Part shown: one piece after another, positions 60,195 through 64,000 of the stretch
Layout: each line of letters begins with the position of its first letter
How positions within the stretch are numbered: position 1 is the stretch's first letter
NCBI GenBank assembly: GCA_963765205.1
Contig: CAVXVB010000009.1
Span: 1,408,001 to 1,472,000 of the forward strand
Origin: an uncultured Verrucomicrobiae bacterium
GTDB lineage: Bacteria > Verrucomicrobiota > Verrucomicrobiia > Opitutales > JABDGR01
Direction of reading: 5' to 3'
DNA length: 64,000 nucleotides
Made by a program: the position numbers and the translations under genes
The notes under the pieces: model-generated
Seen by the model: the letters and a program-made list of their open reading frames with translations, nothing else
Database searches by the model: none
What the model was told of the DNA's origin: nothing

Positions 60195-60390
60195 ACTTAA
60201 TGAAACCCCACCAGTATGAAGGTTTCAACATAAAGTTTTGCAATGCCCCTCCTAGCCGGGAGCAGCTTAGTAAAGGCGCCATCGCCTTCCAACGACGTAG
60301 AACTCATTGAATGACTCTTTGATAACGATGTAAAAGCCTTTACCTTTTTGACTTTGGCAATCTACCCACTCTTGGGAACGAGAATGGGTT

Positions 60391-60831
60391 TTATTTAGCC
60401 TCCACAAAAGCCACGAAATTTGTATCGCAAAATTGCTTGATGCCTTTCCAGACGACTTGCGGTATCGGGAGTGCGAAGAAGGTTTTGGTGTCGGCTCTTA
60501 ATCCCGACGGCTCATCCAGGACTCCCGACTTGATCGCCTGATACGAAGCGTTGAGGTGAAAAATAAGAAAACGGACAAAGCGTTCCTCTTTGTCCGTTAG
60601 GGGTTCCTTGGCAAGATCGGCGTCAGCCCGAAGGACGCGGAAAAGTTCCGGTTGCGTGAACAATTCCATCCAAAGCTCTCGATGTTGCTGCGTTACATTC
60701 AGTAGATTTGTCGCGCGCTTTGCCTTTGCATCGGCATTGAGCGCAAAGCCCGTAAACAGCAAACCACCGACGACGCCGAGCGTCTGAATCAAATCAAACC
60801 AATGTTCAACGAGCCAGATTTGCCAAACCAT
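60391..60831 (-). CDS. Hypothetical protein with N-terminal TM helix
   Basis: EHWFDLIQTLGVVGGLLFT...TQQHRELW...FFALPIPQVVW. Confidence 0.7.
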   Translation of the reverse strand: MVWQIWLVEHWFDLIQTLGVVGGLLFTGFALNADAKAKRATNLLNVTQQHRELWMELFTQPELFRVLRADADLAKEPLTDKEERFVRFLIFHLNASYQAIKSGVLDEPSGLRADTKTFFALPIPQVVWKGIKQFCDTNFVAFVEAK

Positions 60832-60863
60832 CCATGAAGTATAACCCCTCCCCCGCGGGTGCG

Positions 60864-61109
60864 TCAAAGCGCGGCGGGAATGTCTGGCTTGGCGAGGACG
60901 AGGGTCTTGCGGGGTATCCAGACAATGCGCTCATCGGGACCACAACCCACCGTCGGAGGGAGCTTTGAAGCAGCTTCTGCCGTAATGTCCTTGCCGATGA
61001 CAGCAAAGTCTCCGGTGTCCAGTTCCAGGATGTCAGGACAGCTATTCAGACACGGTGTGCGCTGTCCGTTGGCGTGAGGGTCGGGGCCGAGACGACGTAG
61101 AAAGTTCAT
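60864..61109 (-). CDS. Small Cys-containing hypothetical protein
   Basis: CPDILELDTGDFAVIGKDIT...GCGPDERIVWIPR; divergent from the XRE gene. Confidence 0.7.
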   Translation of the reverse strand: MNFLRRLGPDPHANGQRTPCLNSCPDILELDTGDFAVIGKDITAEAASKLPPTVGCGPDERIVWIPRKTLVLAKPDIPAAL

Positions 61110-61168
61110 GCCCTACCCATAACAAAACGTGCATCCCTGTCAAGCGACAATCTTCCTATGCTGACTGC

Positions 61169-61420
61169 ATGAACCGAAAGACCGCCATCGCCATATGTTC
61201 AGAAGTGGCTAAGCTATTGAAAGAGGAAAGGTTACGGCAAAAGTTGTCCATGAATGCCGTAGCCATCCGCGCCGGCCTGGCCTACCAGATGATCAGCTAC
61301 GTCGAGCGGGAAATGCGCATTCCAAGGCTGGACACCTTGCTCCGTATCGGAAACGCTCTCGGCTTGAATACTGGCGATTTGATCAGCCGAGCTGAAAAAT
61401 CTATAGAACCGAAACGGTGA
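61169..61420 (+). CDS. XRE-family HTH regulator
   Basis: LKEERLRQKLSMNAVAIRAGLAYQMISYVERE..PRLDTLLRIGNALG. Confidence 0.88.
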   Translation: MNRKTAIAICSEVAKLLKEERLRQKLSMNAVAIRAGLAYQMISYVEREMRIPRLDTLLRIGNALGLNTGDLISRAEKSIEPKR

Positions 61421-61426
61421 TTAAAA

Positions 61427-62518
61427 TTATGTGCCTTCAATTACGGCCTTTTCATGTCGACTTAATAGTGAGTTGAATTCTGCTTGGATTTTCAGCTTTT
61501 CGATCAAGAAATCCACCCAGGCTTGCGTATATCCGTAGTCGTTGTGACGCTTGTCATATATGCAATATTTCGAGTTGGTTTGATAGGGGTCGGAACTACC
61601 GCTCTTTGGCCTGACTTTGTACTTGTTCCAACATAGATAATGCGTGTATGTAGTGAATTTGCTCTTAGACCGCATATCTGTTATTTGCACTCGCGGGTTC
61701 CCGAGTCCTTGTTGAACTTTGCTTACCACCTCGCTAATCTTTAACACCTCAAAATTGGAGACAGGCACTTCTTTGAATTTAACCATCGCAATTAGTGGAG
61801 CAATCCGTTCCTTTTGTTCATTCGTAAGTTTGTCATAATGCACAAATTGAATTGCTAGGGCATTTTGGCTCTCGTGATTTGCAACTTGTATCAAAAATGC
61901 CTTGAAGGAAAATTTTCCGCTCGCAGCAAGTTCAGGGGAAATGGTTGACCGAAATTGCTGAATAAAATCCATTGCCGCTTTGGTTTCAGGACTTCTTTTA
62001 ACTGCGTCAGCAAGGTTTTTTAAATCAGGAAATATTTGTAATGAGAACGACAAACTTTCCCTAATACGGTATTTAGGTCCGAACTCCTTTTCCAAAAAAT
62101 CATCGAAGTTTAGCAACATAGCTTGGCACTCGCCAAAAATCGTCGCGTCGAGTTCAGGCATAGATCGGTGTTCGATTTTGTTACGAAGAGGAATAAAAAA
62201 TTCCAAATTCTTGCGCACTGGGTTCATAGTGTCGTTTACATAGTACTGCTTTAGGCATTCATCTAATTCCCAGTAGCGGTAATCGCCCTCAATTTTTTCA
62301 TATCGTCCATTTTGCTTTTTGTAAAACGGTTTTCGTGAACGTCGGAAATAAGTTGCATGAAACAAAGCTGTCCAGGCGATTACCATCAATGTAATGTACC
62401 CGCCTGACTTAAATTTTATAGCTGGCTTATTGTAAATTTCTACCGCAAGCAACGCTGAATCCCTCGCTTTTTCGAGCGCGCCCTTAACTTGCTTAGGTAG
62501 TCCTCTCATTCGACGCAT
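61427..62518 (-). CDS. DUF3644-like protein with a HEPN-type RxxxxH motif
   Basis: ALLAVEIYNKP...IAWTALFHA N-terminus; LRNKIEH; C-terminal YTQAWVDF. Confidence 0.75.
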   Translation of the reverse strand: MRRMRGLPKQVKGALEKARDSALLAVEIYNKPAIKFKSGGYITLMVIAWTALFHATYFRRSRKPFYKKQNGRYEKIEGDYRYWELDECLKQYYVNDTMNPVRKNLEFFIPLRNKIEHRSMPELDATIFGECQAMLLNFDDFLEKEFGPKYRIRESLSFSLQIFPDLKNLADAVKRSPETKAAMDFIQQFRSTISPELAASGKFSFKAFLIQVANHESQNALAIQFVHYDKLTNEQKERIAPLIAMVKFKEVPVSNFEVLKISEVVSKVQQGLGNPRVQITDMRSKSKFTTYTHYLCWNKYKVRPKSGSSDPYQTNSKYCIYDKRHNDYGYTQAWVDFLIEKLKIQAEFNSLLSRHEKAVIEGT

Positions 62519-62560
62519 TTGTTAAAGTTTATCCTGAAAACGCCGTTGGCGCACGAAGCA

Positions 62561-63448
62561 TTAGAGCGCAAATCGTGAATAGACAACACCTTTCGTTGCT
62601 GCACATTCGATGAGAAAACTTAAACCCTCTTGAAGACCCATCCTACCTTCAAAAACATGTGTCAAATGTTCTCCATCCATGAGAATGATGCGTGAGCCTG
62701 GTTCGTTAAAGTGTGCAATAACTTCTGGGCTGAAGCCGGCCACCGACACAAACAGCCCGCGTGTGCTTTGTAGCTTGCGGGAAACATCATCTTTGAATCC
62801 TCCAATCTCTTTTTGGGTTGGAGGCTCATTTCGCCATCGAGCCTCGACAAGATAATCGAATCCTTCAAAGCGAAAATGCCCGTCTATTTGTGCCGTGTCA
62901 GTTCGATATGACGGCGTGTATTCAATTTCGGAGAGAAGAAATAGCTCCTTAAGAATCGCCTCTAATTCGTAGCCAGCTTTTTGTCGGTTAACTTCTGCAA
63001 ATGTTTGACCAAACCGCACCCTTAATGTCTGTAGTTTTTGGCTGCGTTCCTGCGTTAACTTTACACGTGCTTCGCCCTGCTTACGCCTCTGCATTTCATC
63101 TTCTTGGACACGCTGCTTTACTAAATGGCGATCAAGGGCTGATTGCTTAAGATCACGAAGCGCAGCAACTGCTGCATCGCGGTCTTTGACATCCTTATCG
63201 GAAATGTCTCGTAGATTGCAAAGCGCAGTCAGAATCTTCCGTTGAAGCACACAGCCCTCCTTTGTTCCGGCTAGTTCCAGCAATAACTGGCGTCCCCAAA
63301 CAAACTTCGCCAAGTGAGAATGTCTTTCAGCTAAAGTGCGGTCAAGGCCAGCAGAAACAAGAAATGCGATGACACCATCCTTATAGTGGAAGCATCGTCC
63401 GAAGCACTGCACTATTTTTTCGGATATGTCGTGTGGTAGCGGTTCCAT
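62561..63448 (-). CDS. Mrr-like restriction endonuclease domain protein
   Basis: GYELEAILKELF...QIDG...YLVEARW...TRGLFVSVAGFS...IILMDG, preceded by a helical/coiled-coil N-domain. Confidence 0.8.
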   Translation of the reverse strand: MEPLPHDISEKIVQCFGRCFHYKDGVIAFLVSAGLDRTLAERHSHLAKFVWGRQLLLELAGTKEGCVLQRKILTALCNLRDISDKDVKDRDAAVAALRDLKQSALDRHLVKQRVQEDEMQRRKQGEARVKLTQERSQKLQTLRVRFGQTFAEVNRQKAGYELEAILKELFLLSEIEYTPSYRTDTAQIDGHFRFEGFDYLVEARWRNEPPTQKEIGGFKDDVSRKLQSTRGLFVSVAGFSPEVIAHFNEPGSRIILMDGEHLTHVFEGRMGLQEGLSFLIECAATKGVVYSRFAL

Positions 63449-63456
63449 TTTGAAAT

Positions 63457-64000
63457 TTATAGTTCCTCATTAAAGGCGCGGTGGAGGAGGGATTGGAAAA
63501 GATTGTCCAGCCGGTTCCGGCTGGCAGATTGCGTGGATTCCAGTTCACGGATTTCTTTCACGCGGTCGGCAAACTCCTTTTGTAGAGCGAGTGGCGGAAG
63601 CGGAATCTTTACGCTGCCGACATTTGATGGACTCACATTGGGTTGTGCGCTACCTGCCGCTTCACCGATTAGCGTGCGCATAACGTTTGGCAAATTTAAT
63701 GCTGCAAAAAGAAACTGTGCATCAAGTTGGTTTTTGTCTCGAATGAAAAACTTGCCGACGCGCTGATTCAGTAAACTTGGAGTGTCGGCAGTTCGAACCA
63801 TCCCTAGTTTTCCAGTTGTAGCTCCTGACATAGCAATCAAGATGTCATTGGGTGCCAGTTGATATGCTGGATATTTATTGAAATGAGTTTCGGGTAAATA
63901 AGCAGTCCCTGCTTCGAACACTAAATTTTGGCCATCAAAGTTTGAAATTCTAACCAAGCGCACACCCGAAGCAGTATATTCGCTACTTTTGAAAGCGTAA
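63457..64000 (-). CDS. hsdS: Type I restriction-modification specificity subunit, 3' part
   Basis: DILIAMSGATTGK, LNQRVG, GSAQPNVS, IPLPPLALQKEFA, LFQSLLHRAF; open to the window edge. Confidence 0.92.
   Translation of the reverse strand, partial: YAFKSSEYTASGVRLVRISNFDGQNLVFEAGTAYLPETHFNKYPAYQLAPNDILIAMSGATTGKLGMVRTADTPSLLNQRVGKFFIRDKNQLDAQFLFAALNLPNVMRTLIGEAAGSAQPNVSPSNVGSVKIPLPPLALQKEFADRVKEIRELESTQSASRNRLDNLFQSLLHRAFNEEL

Larger units (their letters stand above)
41401..64000. mobile_element. comM-integrated element (serine-recombinase integrative/mobilisable island), right end outside the window
   Basis: Sharp composition shift at ~41400, recombinase abutting truncated comM, relaxase/coupling-protein/primase/RM content, no comM 3' half seen before 64000. 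Confidence 0.9.

Noticed and set aside
41401..64000. Prophage interpretation of the island
   Set aside because: No terminase, capsid, tail or lysis genes recognisable within the window.

Overview
GC-rich bacterial chromosomal segment. Gene content and intergenic repeat style suggest Verrucomicrobiota/Opitutae (inference). Positions 1-41400 are mostly core genes: ppk1 (partial), exbBD, dnaE, clpX-clpP-tig, alpha-E, oleC/oleD, vapBC, rsmD, xseA, an ECF sigma operon, rpsT, 5-oxoprolinase, a heparinase-like lyase and ferredoxin. Three oddities sit in this part: two identical-looking IS630 copies bracketing a squalene-hopene cyclase; a chimeric stand-alone ClpX zinc-finger mini-gene made by local duplication; and a BspA-type LRR surface gene whose signal peptide is out of frame at a T-run. 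At about 41400, comM (YifB/Mg-chelatase family) is cut at AAMNP by an integrative element that runs past the window end. Its backbone is a large serine recombinase, two VirD4/TrwB-like ATPases, a Replic_Relax protein, a CHC2-Toprim primase, DUF932 and type I HsdS. Its cargo slots hold a NucS-like nuclease, a Patescibacteria-style module (tyrosine recombinase, frameshifted Rep, orphan MazF-like toxin facing a promoter-driven ~55-nt structured RNA, DnaA-box cluster), a repeat-bounded three-gene cassette with a queuosine-precursor transporter, a secreted PLD/Nuc-like nuclease, and HEPN-like and Mrr-like proteins. All family calls come from motif recognition by eye; no searches were run.
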